DNA from: an uncultured archaeon
Lineage (GTDB): Archaea > Thermoproteota > Nitrososphaeria > Nitrososphaerales > Gagatemarchaeaceae
Length of the DNA: 64,000 nucleotides
NCBI GenBank assembly: GCA_963799775.1
Contig: CAWCYD010000002.1
Location: forward strand, 64,001 to 128,000
Direction: 5' to 3'
Shown: one piece after another, positions 1 through 9,437 of the stretch
Position numbering within the stretch: the stretch's first letter is position 1
Layout of the letters: each line of letters begins with the position of its first letter
The notes under the pieces: model-generated
The model's input: the letters and a program-made list of their open reading frames with translations, nothing else
Database searches by the model: none
Told to the model about the DNA's origin: nothing
Position numbers and translations under genes: made by a program

Positions 1-455
1 TCAGCGTCTCTGACCTGCACCGAGAAAGCGTCGTCGATCTCCATAGAGTCAGGGATGTGGAACGACAGCGAACCGTCGCGCGGCAACCTGGCCTCTGACT
101 TCAACTCTCCCATGTGGTCGATAGTGCTGAGCTGGACGCCGTTGTAGAAGACACGGCACCGCTCGACGCCCTGATAGCCCGAGACGGCGATTGCCCAGGT
201 GCTCGCCAAGGGCGTGGTGATCTTCTCTTGTCTGGCCTCGAGCATCGGCCAGTGAGATGTCGTGACCGTCTTCGTGTTGGCAGACGCGATGATTCGGACG
301 GCGTTACCTTTTCTGACGTCTCGAGGAGGGTTCGACGAGGATTTGTTTGGATAGACGATGAATGCGCCGTCGCCCGTGATTCTCATCACAGTGCCGTCGA
401 CGACCTCTTCGGTCCTGTATTCGGTGGACTCTACTTGTTCGGTTTCCTGTGCCAT
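1..455 (-). CDS. Hypothetical protein, runs off the left window edge
   Basis: Manually read open frame from ATG at 455 (MAQETEQVESTEYRTEEVVDGTVMRITGDG...) with no stop before base 1; TATA-like TTTAA ~28 bp upstream. Not in the ORF track because it is truncated. Confidence 0.6.
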   Translation of the reverse strand, partial: MAQETEQVESTEYRTEEVVDGTVMRITGDGAFIVYPNKSSSNPPRDVRKGNAVRIIASANTKTVTTSHWPMLEARQEKITTPLASTWAIAVSGYQGVERCRVFYNGVQLSTIDHMGELKSEARLPRDGSLSFHIPDSMEIDDAFSVQVRDA

Positions 456-566
456 AATCCGAGGGATAGTTGTGCAGGTTAAATCTGGGACTTGACTTCA
501 TGCCAATTCAATCGTCGGACTCGGTCTTCTAGGGGAATCTCTCCCCGGCGTCTCAGCTAGCCGTGG

Positions 567-947
567 TCACTTTTTTCGGCCTGACGTCTGCGAGTTCACG
601 TAGGCCGCGAGTTCGCTTATCCCGATAGGCTTTCTCAGGAGCTTGTCTACCTTCATGTCCGGGAACATCTTCTGGAATTCGTTCTGGTAGACGTCGAACG
701 CGGTGAGGAAGGCGATCGACACGTCCGCGTCCTTGGTGCGCAGCTGGCGATACAGCTCGAAACCGTTCATCTGCGGCATCCTGATGTCGAGGAATATCAT
801 GGCGTAGTGCTTGGGCTTGAACTCGGCGAGCGCCTTCCTAGGGTCGTTGAACGCGTCGACCTCGAACCCCTTTCTCTCTAGCCCTATCTTCAGGCTGGTC
901 GTGATGTCGGGCTCGTCATCGACTATCAGTATTCGCACGGAATTCAA
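567..947 (-). CDS. Stand-alone response regulator receiver (CheY-like)
   Basis: ILIVDDE, phosphoacceptor LDIRMPQMNG, FLTA and KP motifs; no output domain. Confidence 0.92.
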   Translation of the reverse strand: MNSVRILIVDDEPDITTSLKIGLERKGFEVDAFNDPRKALAEFKPKHYAMIFLDIRMPQMNGFELYRQLRTKDADVSIAFLTAFDVYQNEFQKMFPDMKVDKLLRKPIGISELAAYVNSQTSGRKK

Positions 948-963
948 ATTGATTCTACTCTAT

Positions 964-2301
964 TTATACCATGGGAACGAGACTGAGCCTTGCAGGTCCG
1001 TGGTCGGACTCGCAAGCGAGTGCAAAGTACTCTGTCCAAGGGACCTGTGACTGCAGCATCGGCGTCCCGTTCAGGTCGCTGAACTTTAGCGAGAGGTCGG
1101 CGGCCCTGGAAAGGTTCTCCGAACCGCCCTCCTCGCCCCGGACCATCACTGTCAGGTCGATCTCCGACTTTAGGAACTCGAGGAGCTCCTCGCTCTTGTC
1201 CTCCTCCGACTCGAGTATCTGGGCACCGATCAGCGCGATGGTCCTTGGCCGTCCGGCCTTCTTTTTCCCTGCCTGTCCCCTGAGCGCCTCTACGACATCG
1301 GCTTCGCGTCCCCGGTTCTTTATGACAGTGACGTCCCCAAAGGCTTCTCTTACCAGTTCTGGGCTCAACCCCTGGAATGGCTTGTACAGCAGGTTCCTCG
1401 AGCCGGGCGCGTACCTCGCCACAATCCCGCTAAGAAGAATGAGCAGCTGCACCGAGTTCACTCCGGGTCCCAAGGCGAGGCTCATTATCGTACCAGATGG
1501 GAGCGTCCCATCGAGAACGGAATCGAGCTCGCGGTACCCCGTGCTCTTCGCCCTTCTCTCCCAGACCCACCGAGCCTTCTTGCCCGAGCGGACCTCGAGA
1601 GGGTTGTACGTGGCGAAGCTCCGGAACACCCCCGAATCAAGAGTGAACAGGTGAGAGGGCCGGGTCACCTTGACCCCGCTCAGCTTCGAGAGCTGGAGCA
1701 TCCTCACGATCCTCCCATCCTCATAGTAGCGGTCCAGGGTCAAGACGCCGTCATAGAGCGAGTCGTAGTTGCTGTTCGACGAGTCCTCGATGAGTGTGAT
1801 GATGTTGGCCTCGGCCCTCTCCCGCCAGGTCTGGAGGACTTTGGCGTTGGACAGAAGGGCCTCTGCGTCCATCATGGTCTCTACAGGGTCCCAAGAGTCG
1901 ACAACGATCGTCGGCGACCTCACGTCCATGAGCTCGTTCGTGATCCTCTCGAAGAACGGCACCGGCTCGTCGAGCCGCGAGTCGACGAACCTGTCTTTCG
2001 CGCCTTGGCCCTCCGGCCGCTCTTGCTCGCCTTTGCTCTTTCCGTCTCCTCCTAGCTCCTTCAGCCACGGGTTGTTCTCGAAGAGCTGAGAAGGCGAGAC
2101 CCTAGTCGAGAGATAGAGGAAGTTGTCCGTCATTCCCCGCGCCCTCAGGATTGACAGCGCGAGGATGGTCTTGCCCGTCGCAGCCTCCCCTTTGATGAGC
2201 AAGGAGTATGTCCGGCGTGAGAGGAAGCTCAAGAGCTCCGGAGGGAGCACCGGGCTCGGGACTGAACTTTCCTCCCTGGGCGCGTTTTTCATCGTCTCCA
2301 C
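964..2301 (-). CDS. gvpD: GvpD-like / RAD55-KaiC family P-loop ATPase with degenerate second RecA-like domain
   Basis: LLIKGEAATGKT Walker A, IVVDSWD Walker B, DGVLTL...R.L.L.KL.G motif; second repeat STGYRELDSVLDG lacks an intact P-loop, as in GvpD. Confidence 0.7.
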   Translation of the reverse strand: METMKNAPREESSVPSPVLPPELLSFLSRRTYSLLIKGEAATGKTILALSILRARGMTDNFLYLSTRVSPSQLFENNPWLKELGGDGKSKGEQERPEGQGAKDRFVDSRLDEPVPFFERITNELMDVRSPTIVVDSWDPVETMMDAEALLSNAKVLQTWRERAEANIITLIEDSSNSNYDSLYDGVLTLDRYYEDGRIVRMLQLSKLSGVKVTRPSHLFTLDSGVFRSFATYNPLEVRSGKKARWVWERRAKSTGYRELDSVLDGTLPSGTIMSLALGPGVNSVQLLILLSGIVARYAPGSRNLLYKPFQGLSPELVREAFGDVTVIKNRGREADVVEALRGQAGKKKAGRPRTIALIGAQILESEEDKSEELLEFLKSEIDLTVMVRGEEGGSENLSRAADLSLKFSDLNGTPMLQSQVPWTEYFALACESDHGPARLSLVPMV

Positions 2302-2394
2302 TCCGATTCGTGCTCCTGAATATAAGACGAATGGCCGTTTGATTGGCGGGTCGGACCTGCGTCCTGCGTCCGAGGTTCTGTTCTCTCTAGGAGC

Positions 2395-2583
2395 TTATCG
2401 GGTGGAGCTGGCCGTCTTCTCCCAGCAATGACAGTGATACCACCTGTCTCCGAAGAGGACATCCCCTGCGCCGAGGACGACCTCGCCACCACATTGCTCG
2501 CACCTCCTGACCAGGAAGTTGACTTGGGTGAAGTCGTCGGATACGACGACCGCGCGCTCCATGACGCTTGTCGGATGTGACAT
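2395..2583 (-). CDS. Small putative zinc-ribbon protein
   Basis: CEQC...WYHCHCW pattern; TATA-like element ~30 bp upstream. Confidence 0.6.
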   Translation of the reverse strand: MSHPTSVMERAVVVSDDFTQVNFLVRRCEQCGGEVVLGAGDVLFGDRWYHCHCWEKTASSTR

Positions 2584-2662
2584 ATCGAACTACATCACTT
2601 CCTTCGATGCATTATCTTGTTTGGCATTCAAACTTCTAGTATAATCATTGGCCGGCCCGAGG

Positions 2663-4421
2663 TTACCTGACGGTCACGGACTTCGCGAGGTTCCGCGGGT
2701 AGTCGGGGTCGGCGTTCCGCTGCACGGCCATGTGGTACGCCAGGAGCTGGACAGGGAGTATCTCGAGGATCGAGAAGAGCTGCTCCTCGACGCGCGGGAT
2801 CCTGATCCAGTGGTCGTAGATGGGGTTCGGCTGGTCCGAGATGCCTATTATCTTGACGCCGCGCGCCTTCACCTCGTGGGCCATCGCCAGGGTGTTGGGG
2901 TAGGTGAAGTCCGTCGGGTTGAAGACGAGGACGTACGAACTGGAGCCGAGCAGGGCGAGGGGCCCGTGCTTCAGCTCTCCGCTCGGCATCGCCTCCGCGT
3001 GGACGTATGCGAGCTCCTTCAGCTTCAGGGCGGCCTCGCACGCTATGAAGTAGTGGATGCCGTCGCCGAGCACGTAGATGTCGGTGACGTCCCTGAGCTC
3101 ATTCGCTAGCTCGCGGATCTTGTCCTCCTGCTCCAGGATCTCCTTCATCGCCGCGGGCGCCTTCGAGAGGTCGAAGTCATGTCCCCCGCAGAGCATGTCG
3201 TTCAGCGCGTAGAGGACGGCCAGCTGCGATGTGAAGCTCTTCGTCGCCGCCACGCCTATCTCCGACCCGCAGTTGAGGCCTACCGAAATCGTCCGAGAGC
3301 CTCGCCAACGACGAGGTCGGCACGTTGACTATGGACGCGACGGCCGCACCGTGTTCCTTGGCTATGTTCGCCGCTTCGAGGACGTCTGCGCTCTCGCCGC
3401 TCTGGGAGAGGGCGAGCAGGAGGGAGCGATTGTCAAGATACATCGGAGAGAACTGCGCCTCGCTCGAGATTATTGGTTCGACCCTCGTCCCCGCGTATTT
3501 CGAGAGGAGGTGCTTTCCCACGAGCGCCGCGTTGTAGCTTGTCCCGCTCCCGGTGATGTAGATGACCTCGGAGCGCTTCATCATCGCGGCGAGGACCTCG
3601 AGCTCGGCCCTGGACCGACTGCCCGCTTTCACGATCACGTCTGGCTGTTCGTGTATCTCCTTGCGGGTGTAATGGACGAACTCTCCCTTGTCGGCGTCGG
3701 CGAGCTCCCTCGAGACCCTGACGACCCGCTGCTCGACCGGTCGGCCGAAGAAGTCGCAGATCTTGATCCTCTCGGGGGTGATGGTGACGAACTGGCCGTT
3801 GTCGAGGTAGATCACGTCGTCTGCCTCGTCGATGAACCCCATGATGTCGCTCGAGACGAAGACGCCGCACCTTCCTATCCCGAGTATCAGAGGCGCTTGG
3901 TTTCGGGCTCCCACGAGCGTCCCGTCGTCCATCAGGGCCACGAAGGCGTACCTCCCCTTGAGCGCATGCAACGTCTCGGAGACGGACTCCTCTACAGTCA
4001 TCCCCAGGTCGCGATTGCACTGGAGCAGGTTGGCTATCACCTCGCTGTCCGTCTCGCTCTTGAAGATGTAGCCGCGCTGGCCGCACTCTGCCTTGAGCTC
4101 CTCATAGTTCTCGATTATCCCGTTGTGGACTATGGCGATCTTCCCCGCCGAAGACAGGTGCGGATGGGCGTTGGCCTCGTTGACGCCTCCGTGGGTCGCC
4201 CACCTGGTGTGGCCGATTCCGATGTGACCGGGGAGCGTCTCCAGCTTCTTCGCCGAGTTCACCTGCTCGACCTTCCCTACCCCCTTCTTCATGAGGATGA
4301 CGCCGTCGTTCCTCATCGCGACGCCAGCACTGTCATAACCACGATATTCCATCTTCCGGAGAGCCTTGACGAGCAGCGGAGCTCCGTCCCCGCTGCCAAG
4401 ATAGCCGATTATCGAGCACAA
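2663..4421 (-). CDS. glmS: Glutamine-fructose-6-phosphate aminotransferase (frameshift ~3290)
   Basis: N-terminal MCSIIG, EYRGYDSAG, GHTRWATHG, SQSGES; second frame gives VAATKSF, ELKHGP, PRNLAKSVTV. Confidence 0.95.
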
Positions 4422-4488
4422 ATCTGAAATACGGAGTGCGCGCGGCGGATATTAGTTGCTGACCGAACTATCATATGAAGCCATGTTA

Positions 4489-4528
4489 GCTTCGATTGCT
4501 ACGGAAGATTACTGATTCCGGCTTAAAA
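4489..4528 (+). promoter_or_regulatory. EPS operon promoter: degenerate tandem sites + 6 bp + TTAAAA
   Basis: CGGAAGATTACTGAT at 4502-4516; second ATT centre 13 bp upstream. Confidence 0.5.
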
Positions 4529-4553
4529 CCGGTCCCGAAGGGTCTATTCTACC

Positions 4554-5180
4554 GTGCAAACGACTACCTGGAAGGATAAAATCGCAGACCCTTCTAACCC
4601 TTGGTTGAACGCCATCAGGGCAGAAGAGGATTCTAGACTCTCCGAGGCAACCACCCTCTACCTCCGAGATGCGGCCGAGTGCCTCAACCTTGGTCTCAAG
4701 GCAAGGTCAGCCCTGAGCTGCTCGTGCGCAGCGACGTGCCTACAGAGGATGGGGAACGTGAACGCCGCTAGGCGCCTATACTTGGAGACTGCCAAGATCT
4801 ACGAAGAACAAGCAGACGCCTCGTTCAGCACCTCGATACGTGATGCACTATGGCTCTTGCAGGAGGCCCACGACTACTACGTCCTGGGCGGGGACTCCAA
4901 CGGCGCAGCCAAGCAGTATGAGAGGTGCGTCGAAATCGTCAAGAAGCTTGACCCCTTCGCCAGCGATGGGAACCTCGACCGCGTGCTGAGGATCCGGCGC
5001 AACACGCAGACGAGAGCTATCTCCTACTCGGTACCTACCCCGCAGGCACCGGAAATGAGCGCGGCGATAGACGGTTTCCTGCGTCTCAGAGACCAGCAGC
5101 CCTCGAAGCCGACGCAGACTGCCAGGGCTGTCAGCGCTACCTACAGGAGGCCTTCCGTTGAGAAGAGTATTGTTAGTTAA
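4554..5180 (+). CDS. Helical-repeat (TPR/SNAP-like) hypothetical, first gene of the EPS operon
   Basis: Repeating A..Y..AA helical pattern; overlaps the start of the GT4 gene; TTAAAA ~30 bp upstream. Confidence 0.6.
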   Translation: MQTTTWKDKIADPSNPWLNAIRAEEDSRLSEATTLYLRDAAECLNLGLKARSALSCSCAATCLQRMGNVNAARRLYLETAKIYEEQADASFSTSIRDALWLLQEAHDYYVLGGDSNGAAKQYERCVEIVKKLDPFASDGNLDRVLRIRRNTQTRAISYSVPTPQAPEMSAAIDGFLRLRDQQPSKPTQTARAVSATYRRPSVEKSIVS

Positions 5181-6649
5181 CTGGGACGGATATCCCAACA
5201 TCGCTCACGGGGGCGTCTACACTTGGGAGAAGGCGCTCGTCGAGGAGCTTAGCGACTGGGAGTTCGTCGTCTACAACCAGCTCTCGAACTCGAACACCAA
5301 CGGCGCATACAAAGTCCCGACGAACGTCACCCGAGTCACCGCCTTCCCGCTCTTCGGCGCAATGAGGTTCGAGGAGTTCACGGGGAACCCCTTCCTGGGG
5401 AAGGTGCTAGCGACCTCCCAGAGGGCGATCGAGAGGCACTTCGTCCCGACGTTCCAGCGCTTCCTCTCGCAGACACTCTCGGCAGAGTGCGACACCTCTG
5501 AGGTGAGGGAATCGGTCATCCAGCTGCACGAGATCTTCAGGAAGTTCGACTACAAGAAATGCGTCGAGAACCCGGCCGTCTGGGAGAGCATTCCTCCGCC
5601 AGCTGAAGGAGGATTCACTCTACCGCGTCATGAGCCTCAACGAGGCGTGGCGCGCGTTCCAGGGAATCCAAAGGACTATGCAGACGCTGTCGATGGACAT
5701 CCCCAAGGTCGACCTGGTCCACTGCAGTCTCGTGTGGACCCCCTCATTGCTTGCGGTGATAGCCAAGTCCAAGTACGGCTCCCCGGTGATCGTCACCGAG
5801 CACGGAGTCGCGTTCCGAGAGCTCATGCTCTACTACAACGCGTACACCTTCGACGAGGCCTCGAAGGTGCTGATGAAGGTCTTCGCTGCCAACATCGTGA
5901 AGACCGTCTACTCGATGGCCGACATCGTGGCGCCCGTCTGCAGCGCCAACACGGAGTGGGAGCGAAACCTTGGCGTCGCTCCGGAGAAGATCAGGGTGAT
6001 CTACAACGGGATCGACACAAAGAGGTTCAGGCCGATGCCCGTCGAGAGGAAGACGGACCGCCCTGTCGTCGTCTCGGTCGGAAGGATTGAGATTTTCAAA
6101 GACACGATCTCGCTCATCACCGCGATGAAGGACGTCAGGGACGAGATCCCTGACGTCATGTGCCTCATCTACGGCGAGTCGACGGACCTGGACTACGCCC
6201 GAAAGTGCTTGGAGACGGTGAGGAGGCTAAAGCTCGAGCGCAACGTGAAGTTCATGGGCAAGACCGAGGAGCCTGAGAAGGCGTACAATCTCGGCGACGT
6301 GGTCGCGATGAGCAGCCTGACGGAGGCCTTCCCGTTCGCGGCCATCGAGGCGATGGCCTGCGGGAAGCCTGTGGTCGCCACTGACGTCGGAGGCACGAGG
6401 GAGGCCCTCGAGGGCGTCGGAGTCCTAGTTCGGAGCAGGAACGAGACTGAGCTTGCGCGGGGTATCCTGAAGCTCCTGAAAGACAAGGAACTTCGGGCTC
6501 GGCTCGGCGAGGCGGCTCAGAGGAAGGCGAGGGAGAAGTTCGAGCTGTCCGCAGCCGCGGGCCGTTATCGGCTCCTCTACGAGGAGCTGCTCGAGACTCC
6601 TAGGGCCTCGTCCGCGAAGCAAAGCGAGCCATTGGTGGTACTCCGATGA
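5158..6649 (+). CDS. pelF: PelF-type GT4 glycosyltransferase (DUF3492 + GT-B), frameshift ~5590
   Basis: N-terminal DGYP..HGGVYTW, VTEHGVAFRE, VGRIEIFKD, SLTEAFPFAAIEAMACGKPVVATDVGG; these motifs match PelF/Gtb3-like GT4s. Confidence 0.8.
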
Positions 6650-7629
6650 GCGTCCGCGTCCGCAGAGCGGTTGTGACCGGAGGGGCCGGCTTCATAGGGA
6701 GCCACATCGTGGACGAGCTGATCCGCAGGGAAATAGAGACCTACGTCGTAGACGACCTCAGCACCGGGAAGCTCGAGAACCTAAGCCAGCACTATGGCAA
6801 CGGACTGCTTCACGTCATCGTCGGGGATGCGAGGAGGATAGACGGGCTGCTTGCCGACGTCGAGGAAATAGACGTCGTCTTCCACGAGGCGGCGATCGCG
6901 AACGTCCTGAGGTCCGTCAGGGAGCCAATGGTCGTCCACGACGTGAACGTCAACATGACCCTCGAGATAATGAACTTCTGCCTCGCCAAGAAGATCAGGA
7001 GGTTCGTCTTCGCCTCGACCGCCGCGGTCTACGGGGCGATAGGCGACACGAAGGCGAGGGAGGGCCTCCTCTGCTACCCGTCGTCTCCATACGGCGCCTC
7101 GAAGATGTCCGTGGAGAACTACCTGAGCGCGTACCAGAAGACATACGGTCTGGAACCCGTGATCTTGAGATACTTCAACGTCTTCGGGCCGAGGCAGGCC
7201 CAGAGCGACTACAGCGGCGTGATAACCCTCTTCGTAAACGCCATGCTCAAGCGGGAGCCGGTCACGATATACGGGGACGGGAGGCAGGTCCGCGACTTTG
7301 TCAACGTGAAGGACATTGTGCAGGCGAACATGCTCGCTATGGATAAGGACGCTGCGGTGGGCGATGTGTTCAACGTGGCCTCCGGGCAGTCGACGAGCAT
7401 CTTGCAGCTGCTAGAAGCCCTGAAGTCGATGGCCGACATGAGAGACGTCCAGCACAAGTTCGCGCCGGCAAGGCCGGGGGACGTGCGCTTCGGGATGGCC
7501 TCGATCGAGAAGATAGAGAGAGTCCTGAAATACAGGCGGACGGTCTCAATCGAGCAGGGCTTGCGGGAGCTCATGCTCCACGCGGCCTCCCGCCTTGAGA
7601 TGCAGATCCCTCAGGGTCAGCGAAGGTAG
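6646..7629 (+). CDS. NAD-dependent UDP-sugar 4-epimerase (GalE/PelX/Uge3-like)
   Basis: VTGGAGFIGSH, YGASK, LRYFNVFGPRQ; ATGA overlap with the GT4 gene. Confidence 0.9.
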   Translation: MSVRVRRAVVTGGAGFIGSHIVDELIRREIETYVVDDLSTGKLENLSQHYGNGLLHVIVGDARRIDGLLADVEEIDVVFHEAAIANVLRSVREPMVVHDVNVNMTLEIMNFCLAKKIRRFVFASTAAVYGAIGDTKAREGLLCYPSSPYGASKMSVENYLSAYQKTYGLEPVILRYFNVFGPRQAQSDYSGVITLFVNAMLKREPVTIYGDGRQVRDFVNVKDIVQANMLAMDKDAAVGDVFNVASGQSTSILQLLEALKSMADMRDVQHKFAPARPGDVRFGMASIEKIERVLKYRRTVSIEQGLRELMLHAASRLEMQIPQGQRR

Positions 7630-7634
7630 TCGCC

Positions 7635-9281
7635 ATGGCTTGGAGCCCCTCCGCAGCGCCGCCCGGACGGAGCGATTCGCGCGCCTTCCTCACAAAGGCA
7701 GCGAGATCGGTCGCCGAGCTGCAGCCCAAAGTCAACAACGTCGCCGATGTCTTGGTCTTTCTCGAGATACTGGGCTACACGAATCAGGATGCCTTGCATA
7801 ATGGGTTTGACGACCTCCTGGACATGTCGCGACGGATCTACGAGTTCGTCGACATCTTCGAGCCCCGGGTGGAAGACGTGCCCGGATCGCTCGACGCATA
7901 CGTCAAGGTGCCGACAATCGCAAGAAGGCTCGGGGAAGGCTTTGCACTCTCCTTCGGGTGGCTCGGTTCCCTCCTGATCCTATTCGTCGCTGGAGTGTCT
8001 CTCTGGCTTTCGCTACTTCTCCCACTGAAGGTCACGACCGTGTTCCTTGGTGGCCTCTTCGCCGGGTTGTTCATCACGGAAGGACCGCTGCAGAGCTTCA
8101 ACAGGCTATTCAGCTTCTATCACGACCAGGGAAACGTGGCGGAGGCGAAGCGGGTGCTGAAAAGGACGTACCTGATCGTGGCAGGCGTGGTCGCCCTGAC
8201 GGCGAGCGCGCTCTACGCGGTCGCGTCGCTGACCGGCTTTCCGATTGGCCTCTTCGAGATAGGGATTGCGAGCCTCGTCTTGGTCTCCCTGCAAAGGGTC
8301 GTCTACGCGATCATCTACCCCCTGAGAAAGATCGCCCACCTTGTTGTCTCCTACTCGCTGGCGTTCGCCGTCCTCCTGCTGATCTACTTCGGGGCTGGGA
8401 CCATCGTCCCCGACGCCATCAGCCGCTATCTCTACGCGCTCATCGGAGCCGTCGTCGTCCTATGCTCCTTCGCGCTCTATGATCAGTTCCAGGTATTGCG
8501 AGGCAAGTCCTTCCAGATGAAAGGCCCGATCCCCAACTTCTTCAAGCGCACAATGATAAACAAGACGACGATAAGGTCTAAGGTATCAGTCCAGTTCTGG
8601 GAGACCGTACCAAGCTACCTCTTCGGGACTTTCTTCTTCGTCCTGATATTCGGTGACAGGGTGCTTTCTTGGTTCTTCAACCCCATCAAGGTCGCCAACG
8701 GGATAACCCTGCCCTTCGTCTTCAACTCCGCCTACCACTCGGGCGCCGACCCCGCGCTCCTGATAATCTTCCCCGCCCTCATCCTCCAGTACGCGTTGAT
8801 GAGGGCAGTATACGGACAGGTGACCAACGCCACTCTCGCGTCCTCGGTCCTCGAAGCGAGCAAGGTCCGGCAGCTTTTGGTCAAGCGATATGAGACTGTC
8901 ATGGCGGCCTCTCTCCTAGCTTCTGGCGCCGCGGCGATCGCGTTGATCTATCTGGCCCCGATGTTCCTTCCCGCGGTTTCACTGACGCCCACGACTTTGC
9001 AGATCCTTCACATCGCCTCGGTCGCGAACATCTTCCTCGTTGTCTTCCTCGCAAACACTCTCTTCCTGCAGCTGCTGAACAAGATGTTGGGTCTCGCGCT
9101 CATCACAATCGTGGGAGGATTGGTGGTCCTGATAGGAGGTTTGATCGCGGCGCAGACGGGCTTCCAGAACCTGGAGCTCGCCTACTTTGCGGCCGCGATC
9201 ACGGTCGCAGCGATCTCGACGTTCTACGTGCTCTCGAACCTCGGCCGCGCCACGAGCATATTCTTCGGCCGCTACGTCTGA
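7635..9281 (+). CDS. Polytopic membrane protein, PelG/flippase-like polysaccharide exporter
   Basis: About 12 hydrophobic segments, FGDRVLSW loop, position in the GT4-epimerase operon. The family call is contextual. Confidence 0.6.
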   Translation: MAWSPSAAPPGRSDSRAFLTKAARSVAELQPKVNNVADVLVFLEILGYTNQDALHNGFDDLLDMSRRIYEFVDIFEPRVEDVPGSLDAYVKVPTIARRLGEGFALSFGWLGSLLILFVAGVSLWLSLLLPLKVTTVFLGGLFAGLFITEGPLQSFNRLFSFYHDQGNVAEAKRVLKRTYLIVAGVVALTASALYAVASLTGFPIGLFEIGIASLVLVSLQRVVYAIIYPLRKIAHLVVSYSLAFAVLLLIYFGAGTIVPDAISRYLYALIGAVVVLCSFALYDQFQVLRGKSFQMKGPIPNFFKRTMINKTTIRSKVSVQFWETVPSYLFGTFFFVLIFGDRVLSWFFNPIKVANGITLPFVFNSAYHSGADPALLIIFPALILQYALMRAVYGQVTNATLASSVLEASKVRQLLVKRYETVMAASLLASGAAAIALIYLAPMFLPAVSLTPTTLQILHIASVANIFLVVFLANTLFLQLLNKMLGLALITIVGGLVVLIGGLIAAQTGFQNLELAYFAAAITVAAISTFYVLSNLGRATSIFFGRYV

Positions 9282-9437
9282 GTGAAGCCCGTGACGCGAC
9301 GCGCCGACCATATGCGGATTCCATCTCGGATTCGCGGTCATCTCGCAAGTTACGAAGCAATCGACGCTAGGATTCTTCCGCTGGATTGTTACCTAGCCGA
9401 GCCCGAGATGATTCTCTGCATCTGTTAGTATGCTAGA

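Noticed and set aside
4627-4641. Motif-like AAGAGGATTCTAGAC
   Set aside because: Lies inside a CDS with no adjacent TATA; treated as background.
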